Shown: positions 25,245-39,722, counted from the stretch's first letter. The stretch is DNA of 64,000 bases from Octopus sinensis (GCF_006345805.1 NC_043010.1:52824001-52888000); one strand, 5' to 3'. Made by a program: numbers and translations. The notes: generated by a model not told the origin, from the letters alone.

Positions 25245-25740
25245 AATGACAGTGTGTGGGTAGAATCATTAGCATGTCCACTGAAATGCTTCACAGCACT
25301 TTATGTCCATGCCTTTATGCTCCGAGTTCAAATACCTCCAAAGTCGACTATGCCTTTCATGCTCTCGGGATCAATGAAATGAAATAACAGTTAAGCAATG
25401 GGGGTGATGTAATCGACCAACCTCTTCCCCACAAAACTGGTCCTGTACCAAAATTTGAAACCTGTGTTATTGTTATTGTTATTATTATTATTATTATTGT
25501 TATTATTATTAATATTCTTAAAGTGGTGAGCTGGCAGAATTGTTAGCACGCTGGAAGAAATGCTTAGCAGTATTTCACCCGTCGGTACATTCTGAGTTCA
25601 AATTCCACTGACATTGACTTTGCCTTTCATCCTTTTGAGGTCGATAAAATAAGTACCAGTTGCGTACTGTAGCTGACCTAATTGGCTGGCCTCCTCCACC
25701 AAAATTTCAGGCTTTGTGCCTATAGTAGAAAGGATTATTA
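25245..25740 (+). mobile_element. Two SINE family A copies
   Basis: Starts ~25245 (diverged) and ~25522. Confidence 0.8.
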
Positions 25741-26426
25741 TTATTACTATTGTTATCACTATCATTATTATTATTATTATTATTATTACTATTATTATTA
25801 TTGTCATTATTATTTTAATTATTATTATTATTATTATAATTATTATTATTATTACTATTATTATTATTATTATTATTATTATAATTATTATTATTATTAC
25901 TATTATTATTATTATTATTATTGTTGTTGTTGTTGTTGTCGTTATTTACATATTTCATTCCATGTCAATCCCAAAACTTTATGCCTGGCTTTGTATTGTC
26001 TCTCTCATATGGTTCCCTGGTGATAAATAAAGGAAATCCTCTTCATCATCATCGTCATCATCATCATCATCATTCTTAAAAAATATTATTTGTTTGCCCA
26101 TTTTTTATAAACATTATTATTATGATTATTATTAGAAACTAATTGCTATCATAAATATTTTTTCTCCTACTTCAAGAGCCAACATCATCATCACCATCAC
26201 CATCACCACCATCATTATTTTTATCATTATCATATTTCATTATTTTTGTTATTGTAAATACTATTACATTACTACAATTCACATAGCTTTGCACATTATT
26301 ATTATTATCATTATTATTATTATTATTATTATTCTCATCATCATCATCATCATCATTATTATTATTGCTATTATTGTTACTATTATTACAATCATCATCA
26401 TCATCATCATCATCATTATTTTATTA

Positions 26427-26663
26427 AGGCAACAAGCTGGCAGAACCATTAACACTCCAGGCAAAACATTTACTGTTATATCAACTGTCTTCGTGTTCTG
26501 AGTTCAAATTCCACCAGGGTCGACTTTGCCTTTCATCCTTTCAAAGTTGAAGTAAATACCAGTTATGCACTGGGGTCGATGTGATCGACTAGACTCCCAC
26601 CTTCCCCAACATTTTAGGCCTTGTGCCTAAAGAGGAAAACATTATTATTATCATCCATCATCG

Positions 26664-26723
<60 letters not shown>

Positions 26724-26742
26724 TTTTATTACTATTATTATT

Positions 26743-26818
<76 letters not shown>

Positions 26819-27060
26819 TATCATTATTATTATTTTATTAAGGTGGTGAGCAGGCAGAATGGTTCCCACACAAAACAAGATTCTTAGTAACATTTTGTCC
26901 AACTTTAAGTTCTTATTTCAAATTCTGCCAGGGTTACCTTTGTCTCCCATTCTTTCGGGGTTGATAAAAAAAAAAATGAGTACCAGTTGAACACTGGGAC
27001 CAATGTAATTGAGTAACACTTAACCCTGAAACAGCTGGCCCTGTGCCAACATTTCAAATC
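26427..27060 (+). mobile_element. Two SINE family A copies separated by (ATT/ATC)n
   Basis: Starts ~26427 and ~26841. Confidence 0.8.
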
Positions 27061-27067
27061 ATAATAA

Positions 27068-27098
<31 letters not shown>

Positions 27099-27100
27099 AA

Positions 27101-27135
<35 letters not shown>

Positions 27136-27819
27136 TGATGATGATAATAATTCTTTTATTCTTTTATTTGTTTCAGTCATTTGACTGTGGCCATGCTGGA
27201 GCACTGCCTCTAATAACAATATTAATAATAATAATAATAATGATAATAATAATAATAATAATAATAATTAGAATTTCATTTATTTGCCAACAACGATAAT
27301 TATTATTATAATTATTATTATTGTTATCATTATCATTAGCATTATAATTATTACTATTCTTCTTCTTCTTTTCATTATTAGTATTACAATTATTATTAGT
27401 AACGCCTTTTCTTATTATCACTATAATAATTAGTAAATATTCTTTGTCTTATCAACATCACTATAATTATCATTATCATCATCATCATCATCATCGTCAT
27501 CACCATCATCATCATCGTCATCGTCGTCATCGTCATCATCATCATTATTTATTATTATCATTATTATTATTACTACTACTACTACTACTACCACCATCAT
27601 TGTTAATAATATCATCACCATCATCAACATCAACATTTTAAAATTAAAAAAATTTTTTTATCATTTCATTATTATATGTAACCACCCCCCTGCACACACA
27701 TTTTTATGTCCCCCCTCAACCTTCATCATTCCGGCAAATAAATGAAATTAGTCTTATTATTACTAATAATAATATCATTACCACCATCATCATCGACATT
27801 GTTATTACTATTATTATTA

Positions 27820-27850
<31 letters not shown>

Positions 27851-27893
27851 CATTATTATTATTATTATTATCATTATTATTATTATTATTATC

Positions 27894-27939
<46 letters not shown>

Positions 27940-27951
27940 ATATTATTATTA

Positions 27952-28024
<73 letters not shown>

Positions 28025-28342
28025 CATTATTATTATTATTATTATCATCATTATTATTATTATTATTATTGCTTAGTTACAATTTTTTGATAGGAGTGGA
28101 AGTTGCAATAGAGAAAATGTCTAGCTTGATGTGCCTCTTTCGAATATTTGTTTAGGTATTTCTTTAATTGCTTCTTCAGAATTTTCTTCATTCACACACA
28201 CACACACATACAGATTCAATAAATAAATAAGTAAATAAATACATAAATAAATAATGATAATAATAATAATAATATTAATAATAATGAAAATAGTGTCGAT
28301 GATGATGATGATGGTTAATAATAAAAAATGATAATAATGGTG

Positions 28343-28379
<37 letters not shown>

Positions 28380-28673
28380 TAATAATAAAAATAAAATATG
28401 TTATTAATAATAAAAGTAAACTCTAAAGAGCGAGTATATATATATATACATACATATATGTATATATGCATATATATATCTATATAGATATATATATATC
28501 CATATATCTATATATATATATATATAAATGCATATATACATATACATACACATATATATGTACATATATGTATATGTATATAAATACATATATATATATG
28601 CATACATGTACATACATAAATATATATACATATATATATCTATATATATATATATACAGAAATATATATACAT

Positions 28674-28704
<31 letters not shown>

Positions 28705-29263
28705 CACATACATACATACATAGGTATGTAAACACACACACATACATAAAATTTGTGTATTTGTCACAAGGTCAAAAGAATCATAATAATATGGAAAAAT
28801 TGGAAAGAAAAAAAACAGGTACGTTGTTGATGATGGTGATGCTGATGATGATGATGACAACTAAAGCAAACTAAACTTTTAGAATATTTGTTCAATATAA
28901 ATAAATTCATATTATTTATATATATATATTATAACATCATATGACTGATATACATATATATATTGTAGTCATAGCTTGATATATAGCACATATAATATAT
29001 ATATTGTAAATTACTTATATAATGTGGTAAAATACATGTACACATGTTATATGTGCGTATGTGTATGTGTATAGACATGCGTGTAGATGTGTATGTGTGG
29101 GTATGTGTTTCTGTATGTGACTACATTTTTCATCTCTCTATCCATTTCTCTAAATATATACATATATAACATACATACATACATATATATATATATGTAC
29201 ACAGAGAGTGCTATCATATATATATATACATACGTTTGTACCCTTTTATATAAATATATACAT

Positions 29264-29295
<32 letters not shown>

Positions 29296-31072
29296 CATAC
29301 GTTTGTACCCTTTTATATAATATATACATATATGTATATGTATATAAATATATATGATATATATATTCATATATATATAATGTATACATGTATGTCTGTG
29401 TGTATATATATATATGTGCATACACATACAACCACATGCACATACACACATGCGCACACACGCACGCACACACACACACACAAAAATTATCCACACCATT
29501 TGGGAAATGTGTCTTAAACTATCCACCATCCAAAAACAGCTGCCTTTGTCCTTTAGTTTCTTGACTCTGATTGGTTGAAGTACACCCTTAATGTAATCAG
29601 TAAGAGAAGACCAGCAATACACACACACCACACACACACACACACACATACATGCACACACACACCCAGGCATGCATGCATTTACATACAGATGCATGTG
29701 GTTGCACGTCAATGCAAGCATTGAAATGCATGTACATGCAAATATCTGCATGCATAGATACATACATATGTTGTTGTGTGCGTGTGTGTAATTTTTTAAT
29801 ATTGATGCACACACACACACATACATACATACAAATATATACACACAAACGTATATATATAGATACACACAGATATATATACAGATATATCCATAAATAA
29901 ACACACACACACACACATATATACATATATATATATATCAACTTATAAGTATATATACACACATACATATATATATATATAACTACATATAAATACAGAC
30001 ACATATAAATGTATACATACATACATGCATACGCTCACACACACATACACAAACACACACATATATATACATACGTACATACGTACGTACACACATGCAT
30101 ATACATGCATGCAAGCATTCATATCTGAGCATAGTGTATCTGTGTGTGTGTGTGTGAAACAAAGAGATGATAAGGCAAAACTGAGAGCTGGCTGAGGGAG
30201 AGGAAGGAGAATCAGGGAGTGTGTGAGTGCGAGAGAGAGAGAGAAAGAGAGAGAGAGTATGAGAGAGAAAGAGAGGGAGAGGTAGGAGGGTATGTAGCAG
30301 TCATAAATTTGCAAAGAGAGAGAGAGAGAGAGATTGTGAGTGGGAGGAAACTGAGCAAGAGGAAAACAAAAAAATGGTGTGTGTGTGTGTGTCTGCAAGG
30401 AAGGAAGCTGGAGTCGAAGTAGTAGTAGTAGTAGTAGTAGCATCAGCAGTGGCAGTGGTTTTAGTAGTAGTAAAAGCAGCAGCAGTAGTAGTGGTAGTAG
30501 TCACTGCCGCTATTGACAGTAGGTGGAGAAAAAGGGCGATGGTGATGGTGATGGTGATGGTGTTGGTGGATGGGATGGAGTTAATGACGATGATGATGGT
30601 GATGACACTGATGATGATGATGATGATGATGACAATAGTGATAGTGATGCTGGAAAGGAAGGGCATAGAAATGACTGAATGAGATGAAGAAAGAGAGAGA
30701 AAGAAGAATGGAGGTAGAATGAGAGGGGGAGAGAAAGGAGAGAGAGAAAGGAGAGAGAGAGAGCTAGCTATGGCTGTGATGTTAACTGAGCATGCCATCG
30801 CCGAGGCAGCAGGGGACGGTGGCGATGAAGGTGTGATGAGGAAACAGACAGAAGAGATTTGGTGACGGTGATGTTAACGACGATGATGACGACGACGGTG
30901 ATGATGGTGGTGGTGGTGTGGTGGTGGTGGTGATGTTGATGAGGACAACAAGGTAGACGATGGGGGTGGAGGGTGCTTGGAGTGTATACACGTACACTGA
31001 TCGTGATAGATGCTGTTCGTTGGCAGTGATGAGGAGGCTATCATTATTAGTAGATACAATAGTGAAGGCATC

Positions 31073-31103
<31 letters not shown>

Positions 31104-31150
31104 CTGGTGGTGATGACTGTGCCAATGCCAATGGTATGAAACATAGGCAC

Positions 31151-31181
<31 letters not shown>

Positions 31182-32649
31182 GAATAATGTACTTATATAT
31201 ATATAATATATGATATATATACACACACACATATATATATATATATATGTATATAATATACTATACATATGAACATAATATATAATAATATACATATATA
31301 ATACATATATATATATATATTATATATTTATATATATAAATATATATATATATGTATGTATATATACATACAGATATATATAATCTACATACATATATAA
31401 ATATAAAATACATTTATATAATATTTAATATATATATACATATATGTGCATGTGTGTGTATTGTATATATATATAAGGGTAGTGATGGGTGTGAAGTGTT
31501 GTTGAAGATGATAATATGATGATGATGATGATGGTGTTGTGTTTTTTTATGTTTAGCACCAGATTAACCAGGATTACGTAAAACTACAATCGAAGACATC
31601 CCAATCATGAGCACCACCCCCTATTTTATTGAGAAACAGCATAACCTGGACTCTGCTGTAATGTCTGAAATGTCTAGCGCACTTTTCCCTTTTGTTTTTT
31701 TTTGTTTTTTTTTTTTTTGTTTTTGTTTTAAGTCAATAAAATGAGGATCCGATGAGGAAATTTAGCTGCTATTTCTACGCAGGTCAAGAACCTGCATAGA
31801 GGCACTTCCTGAGAATGACTATGATGATGATGATGATGATGATGATCATGATGATGATAACGATGATGATGATGATGATGATGATGATGAAGTTGATGAT
31901 AACGATGATGATGATGATGATCACGATGATGATGATGATGATAGCAATGATGATGATGATGATGATGATGAAGGTGATGTTTGTGGTGCCGGTGATGATA
32001 ATGGATATGACGGTGGTCTTGGAAATGGTAGTATTGGGAGTAGAGCAAAAAAAAAAAAAAAGAATAATAATAAAAAACAAAAAAAAAAAGGGAAAACATT
32101 TGGAATGCAAGGGGAGACTATTGTTACAGGAACACGACGAAATGTTCATCGTCAGTGGCGGTGAGAAGGATGCGGGAGTGGGTGGGGAAGCAGTTGCATT
32201 TGGGGTGGGGGGGTGGGGGGGGGGGGGTTTTAGAATTGGCAAGGAGTGGTGACAGGAGAATACCTTTGCAATTGATGTCAGAGTTTAATTAGGATGAGCG
32301 TGAGGATGCTGCTGCTGCTGATGCTGCTGCTGCTGCTGTTGATGGTGGTGGTGGTGGTAGTGGTGTGGCGATGACAGTATTGATTTTTTTTTTTTGTACA
32401 CATGCATGCAGGCACATACACACGCACGCATGCCTACGTGTGCATACAAGCACTCACACACACACACACTTGCATGCATGCATGCATGCATACATACACA
32501 CACACCTTTATATTCAGGGAAAGTTTCCATCAAAATATATTTATGACTATATATATATATATATATATGTGTACATATATGTGTGCGTGTTTATAAACAT
32601 ATATATATATATATATGTATGTTTGTATGTATGTATGTATGTATAAACA

Positions 32650-32689
<40 letters not shown>

Positions 32690-32874
32690 TGTTTGTATGT
32701 ATGTATGTATGTAAGCATGTATGCGTGTATGTGTATATGTATAAACATATATACACACACATACATCTACAAATATATATACAAGTATAGATGCGTGTAT
32801 GTATGTTTATATATATATATGTGTGTAGGCATATATATATATATTTAGACATATATATATATATGCATGTATAT

Positions 32875-32925
<51 letters not shown>

Positions 32926-32942
32926 GGTATATATATATGTGT

Positions 32943-32987
<45 letters not shown>

Positions 32988-34899
32988 TATATATAATATA
33001 TATATCGTAGTCATTGTCATTGTTCTTTTTACAGTTTCCAAGTTAGGATGGAAAGTGGATGCATAAGTACAGGCATGGATGTGTGGTTAATAACTTCACT
33101 TTGCAACCACATTGCTTCAGGTTCAAACCCACAGCGCAGTATCTTGGGCAAGTGAGTTCTTCAAAAGATTTAGTGTGCATATAGGAACTGCAACTAAAAG
33201 AAGCTAGTTTATGTATATGTGTATGTATATCATTCAACTACGGCAGTAGTTGAATAATATTCTTAAGGCTGCAATTTATTCGCACGCAGTATCTTCCAGG
33301 GCATGTCGCTAATTCAGTTCTTAACCAAATTGAAAACCATTAACATTTTTCAAGAGGGCTGGTCCCTAGCTACATTTTGGCATTAAAAAAAAAAACAAGA
33401 TTTGATCCAGTAGGAAAAAGTTTGCATCAAAATTTGTAGCAAGTAACGCCACCAATCAAGTTTAGATCTAATAACTTTTTTTCATTTTAAAAGCAAATTA
33501 TATTTATCTTAACTTCAATGATAGAAGAAAGCATGAAGAATTCCATATTTTTGGTCCCATGCAACAAAAATTTGTATCAAAATAGTTGTGATAAGTAAGG
33601 TAAAAAAACTGGATTAAAATATTATTAACTTTTTTATTTTAAAAACAAACTATATTTGAATTAAGCTTAGATGATAGAGCTCAATTCGAAGAATTTCATT
33701 GTATTAATCTCATGCAACAAAGTTTTAAAAGAAAAAGCTATGAGTGTTTGTTTCTCAGATTTGAGGGTGATAATATAATTCTATACTTTTTTATGGATAT
33801 AGTTCTATAAGGGGACTTTTAATATATGTCACCGGTGTCATTAAGGTAAGGAAAAAAAATTATCAACAATACTGCTAATTGATACATTATTAATTAGCAT
33901 AATAGCATAGCCTGGAAAAAGCATGGATTACATGGGAAAATGCAAGCAAGAGAAATAATATTCTTTAGATTATAAATCTGGGGAATTACAGGACAAGCTA
34001 ATACACTTGGAAAAGTTCAGGACAATTTATTACATCTGGTAAAGTAGAGAACAAGAAAATTTTTGCTTAAAATATTACAGCTAAGGATACAATTTGAATA
34101 TTAAAAGTTATTTGATTTTAATTTACAAAGTAACATTTTAATTAAAAAAAGGTACAATCATTTTGTTAAAATATTGACACACTAGAATACTTAAGCAATG
34201 AGAGCCAGAAGTACATCTAAGAAATTAACCATATTTGGGTTAGTCTCTATAGTAATGCTGAGCCCTAGGAAGTTAGGAGTGTGGATGAGGTCTTTTCTGA
34301 GCCTGTCCAGAGTAAGGCTATTCGCACCTCTAGATATGCCTTACGTAAAAGGAAAAGTGACCTTCTCATGTCATGTCGACTTATAAGGGCCCAGTTCCCT
34401 GGTTTCTATGGCATATAAATTCCCCTCCTGGATGGGACACGAGTCATCTCTATGTGGGCCAAAGCAGGTTGAAAGAAATTTCTTAGAAAGGATGTTTTGT
34501 ATAAAATGGCCTATGAAGTTGGAGATATGGAATGCCCCATCGCAGCATCAGAGGAGCCTTCTGGATTTGTTGGTTTGACTCAGGGTGAACCTTTATCAAA
34601 GTGGGGTTTCTTTGGTATGCATTATTACATCTATATCCCTATTGTTGATTGTGGTAACTTAGCAAGTGTTGTATATAACAGAGCTTTTGATATAGATAGC
34701 TTAAAGTCCTCTGTATTGACCTGGGTGAAACTAATTTGCATAGCTTACACACTTCAGCAATGGCTAATGTCAATTCATGGGGAAATAACCCTTCTTTTTC
34801 CCTAGGAAAATCGTTAGAATTTACTCATAAGCCAAGAAGATTGCCCAAGGTCATACACAGTGGAACAGATAAATAGATAGATAGGGAGAGAGAAAGATG

Positions 34900-35190
<291 letters not shown>

Positions 35191-35259
35191 TAGGTAAGGA
35201 GATATACAGACAGATATACAGAGCATCTGCCAGCTTGCCACCTTCAAAAAAATTTAAAG

Positions 35260-35710
35260 CCGGTGAGCTGGCAGAAACGTTAGCTCGCTGGGCGAAATGC
35301 TAAGCGATATTTCGCCTGTCTTTATGTTATAAGTTCAAATTCCGCCGAGGTCGACTTTGCCTTTCATCCTTTCGGAATCGATTAAATAAGTACCAGTTAT
35401 GCACTGGTTTCGATATAATTGACTTAATCCGTTTTTCTGTCCTTATTTGTCCCCTCTGTGTGTAGCCCCTTGTGGGCAGTAAAGAAATAAGAAATGTTAG
35501 CATGCTGGGTGAAATGCTTAGCAGTATTTTCTCTGTCTTTACGTTCTGAGTTCAAATTCCGCTGAGGTCGACTTTGCCTTTCATCCTTTTGAGGTTGATT
35601 AAATAAGTACCAGTTACACACTGGGGGTTGATATAGTCGACTTAATCTGTTTTATGGTCCTTGTTTGTCCCCTCTGTGTGTAGCCCCTTGTGGGCAGTAA
35701 AGAAATAAGA
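35260..35710 (+). mobile_element. Two SINE family A copies with alternative tail
   Basis: AAATAAGTACCAGTTA at ~35385 and ~35601, both followed by GTCCCCTCTGTGTGTAGCCCCTTGTGGGCAGTAAAGAAATAAG. Confidence 0.88.
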
Positions 35711-36914
35711 TATACAGAGCAAACTGATATAAAGGAACACCTGTATGTGCCTGTCTGTGTATCAAAAGTCAATGTTATGTTGCAGGTAATCACTTGATCA
35801 GGGATGCAATTAATGTGTGTATGAAGATTGTGGGGTTTTTAATGAGAAGGGAGCGAGCAGATGAGAATTAGAAGAAGCGTGCATAGGGTGGCAGAAAGGG
35901 TATATGGGTTACAGGAGAAGAGTCCAATGAGCAAGAGATTCAAACTGACATGTTTGTGGCTCCCTGCTAATCACTTTACAGCTCTTTAACCCAAACATCT
36001 CCACCACCACCACCACCACTACCACCACTGCCACTGCCGCAACCACCACCACCACTACCACCACCGCTACAGCCACCACCGCAGCTGCCACCACCACTGT
36101 CATTTCTACCACCATGACCATCACTACAACCACAACCACTACCACCACCACCATTAGAGAAACTCCAGGAGAAACCTCTATGTCGTTGTTTGGTGTGCTA
36201 GAAAGAACAGCGAAATTCCTGTCGGTCTTAAAATGCAGTGGGGGAGATATGTGGGGGGAAACAATTTGGGTTATAGCCCTGTCAAACAATAGTCAATGTT
36301 GACAATTAAGATGGGATGGTCATTACTGGAAAGCACTAGATTAAATCGATCAGGGCTGATCTGGGCAGGGCTGAACAGGACAATGAAACAGAAACAAAAA
36401 TACCTTTCCTCCTCCTCCTCCACCACCACCACCACCATTACCAGCACCAGTTCAACACTAGTACCACCACCGCTGCTGCTGCTGCTGCAGCCACGCCACC
36501 ACCATCACCAAGGAAACATTCAAAGAAGGCCTCTATATGGTTGCTTGGCCTGCTAGAAAAAGCAGTAAAAATTTCTGTGTCTCTTAAAACTAAAGGTCAA
36601 AAAAAGAGGAAACAATTTGAGTCCAGCAAATAAACGCTGCCCTCCACTGCTGCTGCCGCCACCACCACCGACACCATAACCACTAACACCGCTACCACCA
36701 GTACCACCACAACCATTGCCATCCAGTTTCTTTGTTGATATAGATGGCAGCACTGCATGTTGTGACAATCTTCTATATCTGTGCAATTACTTGCTCTTTA
36801 ATCTCTCTGGCTTTAAACAAACATGGCTCCCCTGTACACATAGCAACAATAACAAGAGGAACCGCTGTGGGTTTTCATTATGAGTAGTCTACTTTTCTCA
36901 TCGACTGAACTACC

Positions 36915-37380
36915 GGTTTGTTGTATTTTAATGCAAGTGGTTGAGTACTCCACAGACTGAGGTTAAGTTAGGTCTGCCTTGTGTCTTGAGTTATAGGACC
37001 CATGAGTTCAGAGTTTAATTTGGCTTCCATGGCATTGAAAATAACTGAGGTTACTACACTATCTGCCGAATGGGAAGCTGGTTTGTTGTATTTTAAATGC
37101 AAGTGGCTGAGTACACCACAGACTTAAGTTAAGTTAAGTTAGGTCTGCCTTGAGTCTTGAGTTATAGGACTCGTAAAGTCAGAGTTTAACTCAGTTTCCA
37201 TGGTATTGAAAGTAACTGAGATTAACACACTACTCGCTGATCGGAAAGCTGGTTCATTGTATTTTAAATGCAAGTGGCCGAGTACTCCACAGATACGAAT
37301 AAGGTTATGTCTGTCATGAGTCCTAGGATTCATAAATGCAGAGTTTAACTCAGTTTCCATGGCGTATAAGTGACTAAGAT
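36915..37380. repeat. Tandem triplication of a 165-171-bp SINE-derived unit
   Basis: GGTT(TG/CA)TTGTATTTTAA(A)TGCAAGTGG starts at 36915, 37080 and 37251. Confidence 0.85.
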
Positions 37381-37462
37381 AACAACAATCCCTAGTCATG
37401 AATGGGATGTCAGCAAGTTTACAGGGTTAACTTCCTAGCTGTTGTTGTTGGAACTTGTTTTA

Positions 37463-37700
37463 CAGCTGAGTGGACTGAGGCATGGTGGCAGCAAAAGAGA
37501 AAGTAAATGTTAACATCAGATTGAGCAGCGAGAGGCTTGAACAATTGTACTGCACAAGTATTTTGGGATCTGAATCTCTAATGAAGCCACTTGTAAGAAA
37601 GGAATTGGACAGTGCAAGGACGTCCGTAGGAAAGCTTAATAACATCTGGAGTAACAAAGGTGTTCCAATTAAACTAAAACCAAAGCTAGTGTGTAGCGGT
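37463..37700 (+). pseudogene. Decayed LINE (RTE-like) ORF fragment, post-RT region
   Basis: TEAMVAAKEKVNVNIRLSSERLEQ...KYFG...ARTSVGKLNNIWSNKGVPIKLK resembles the LEQV-FKYLGS...A-F-KL--IW-----K pattern; frameshifted. Confidence 0.65.
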
Positions 37701-37724
37701 CATTTGACCAATAAGCATTTTTAG

Positions 37725-38097
37725 TTGTGAAGCATAGTTGTGAGGCATGGTTGGAAGTTGTGGTTGTGAGGTGTGGCTGTGAGGCATGGTTACGAGGCAT
37801 GGTTGCCGGGTGTGGTTGTGAGGTGTGGTTGTGAGCTTGGTTGTGAGGCATGGTTGCGAAGTGTGGTTGTGAGGCATGGTTGCGAGGCATGGTTGCCGGG
37901 TGTAGTTGTGAGGTGTGGTTGTGAGCTTGGTTGTGAGGCATGGTTGCGAAGTGTGGTTGTGAAGTATGGATGCAAAGCATGGTTGTGAGGTATGGTTGCA
38001 AGGCGTGGTTGCAAGGTGTGGTTGTGAAGTGTGGTTGTGAAATATGGATGCAAAGCATGGTTGTGAGGCATGGTTGCAAAGCATGATTGTGAAGCAC
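37725..38097. repeat. 13-bp minisatellite (GGCATGGTTGTGA-like) with higher-order repeats
   Basis: Two 90-bp blocks of 7 monomers from ~37783, then a 78-bp period. Confidence 0.9.
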
Positions 38098-39152
38098 AGA
38101 CTCTGTGCCGGTGTTGGTAATGAAGAGGAGGAGGTGAAGGAGATGGAGGAGGAGGAAGGTGATGATGACAATGATGAAGTTGGTGATGATGATGATGATG
38201 AGGTGGTGATGATGATGATGATGAAGGTAATGAGGAAGAGGAGGTGAAGGAGGTGGAAGATTATGATGACAATGAAGAAGGTGATGATGATGATGATGAT
38301 GAGGAGGAGGATGGTGATGATGGTGATGATGATATGCATGCATAAACACACACACACATGTATAAAAGCATACACACACACTGACATAAGCATAAGCTAG
38401 ATAGATGTTGGTTCCCTGATCAGAAGAGACACACATACATACACTAAAGAAGTGTATACACACACGCACACAAGCATGCGCGCACACACACACAAGCATG
38501 CACACACATACACATGTTAGTTAACATATTGAAGACTTTGGTTAGTACTGTTTCTCTAATGTGTGTATGTGTGTGTGTGTGTGCGTGCTTATACCAGCAG
38601 CATCACAACTACTACTACTACTACTACTACTACAACCACCACCGGCAGTGCTACTATTATTACTCCCCCTCCTTCTCCTGCTACTACCTCTACTACTGCT
38701 GCTGCGGCTGCTGCTACTTGTACTTTCAGTACTACCATCACCACCACTACTTCTACCAACACCATCCCATCTCCCCCTTTCATTACCATCCTCAATATCA
38801 TCATCATCATCATCAATGCCGCCACTGTCACCACCACTACCACCACCACCACCACCACCAGTATCTGTGGTGCCAACAGAACTATTCCGCTTCACTCTGT
38901 AAACACTTTCATGACTTCTACTGAGCCTCAGGGGACGGCAAAAGTAGCCCCCCCGTCCCCCCCCCCCTGCCACAAAAGAAAAACGAAAGAAAAACAATAA
39001 AAACATTCTGGTGTGGTGTGAGTTTACCTTCATTTACATGTCTCTATGGCAACCAGCAATATCTCCTCCTCACCTCATCTCTCTAACCCTCCACTTCTTC
39101 TCATTCTCTCCCTCTTTTAGTCATTCTGTCATCAGATCTATGGTCAAGCATA

Positions 39153-39367
39153 CAAAGGGTATGCTGAAAAGTTCCAGGCTTTGAGTAAAAGAAAATACAA
39201 GACGATCAGTTAATTATGTTATTCAAAATATTCCTCTCTCGGATTCACACCCTCATTGCAGCAGCCCTTCAGTTTTTCTAAACCCTGAAAAAGTACTTGA
39301 ATGGTTAGGCCACTAACCAGGTTTTTTGTGATACCCTTAACGCCAGTAACTCTTCAGTACCCCCTCA
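39153..39367 (+). mobile_element. Mariner-type MITE, copy 1 (diverged)
   Basis: TA|CAAAGGGTATGCTGAAAAGTTCCAGGCTTT ... CGCCAGTAACTCTTCAGTACCCCCTCA|TA. Confidence 0.8.
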
Positions 39368-39633
39368 TATATTTATATATATGTGTAGCTCGTCCTGTAA
39401 TTGTTTTTCGTTTTCTTGTTTTTTTGTTTTTTCCGTTTCTACGTCATATTGTGATGTCCTGTACCCACGTATAATTATTTATATATGCATGTATATATAC
39501 ATGTAGATGTAGGTACGTACATATATGTTTGTATGTATGCATATATTTTTATTTATCACCTTATTGTCTGACAGCGCCCCGCATCAGGTTCGTTCCGATT
39601 CGTCGTTTCGTTCCACTTCTTGGTTCCTTTTTT

Positions 39634-39666
<33 letters not shown>

Positions 39667-39686
39667 CTGTTTATTTCCTTGTGTTC

Positions 39687-39722
39687 CTTTCTGCTGAAGA
39701 GCGTAGGCTCAAAATGTAAAAG
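39687..39722 (+). ncRNA. Decayed minimal hammerhead-like motif
   Basis: CTTT-CTGCTGA-A-GAGC(GTAG)GCTC-AAAA-TG-TA-AAAG. Stems I and II are intact; reverting two CpG-type transitions gives GAAA-CG-TA. The core is non-canonical (C at position 6, extra A). Confidence 0.4.

Larger units (their letters stand above)
19780..33010. repeat. Microsatellite-dominated region: (TA)n, (CA)n, (TATC)n, (ATT)n, (ATC)n, (AGT)n, (GAT)n, (GA)n
   Basis: Direct inspection; the ORFs here are homopolymeric translations (poly-I/Y/M/H). Confidence 0.95.

Noticed and set aside
14588-26030. Apparent minus-strand acceptors at ~14650, ~15925 and ~26017
   Set aside because: They resemble each other and 19305-19360 (TTTATTTGCC...GACAATACAAAG), so they are decayed copies of a repeat; the 26017 candidate has stops in all frames.
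28771-28818. 48-nt plus-strand AG/GTACGT exon candidate
   Set aside because: Low-complexity A-rich content, two open frames, no supporting neighbours.
30771-30865. MAVMLTEHAIAEAAGDGGDEG frame with CpGs
   Set aside because: Embedded in degenerate GAT/GGT repeats, with a weak donor.
34198-34805. 62- and 102-codon ORFs
   Set aside because: No motif recognised; partly overlap a SINE D-like fragment.
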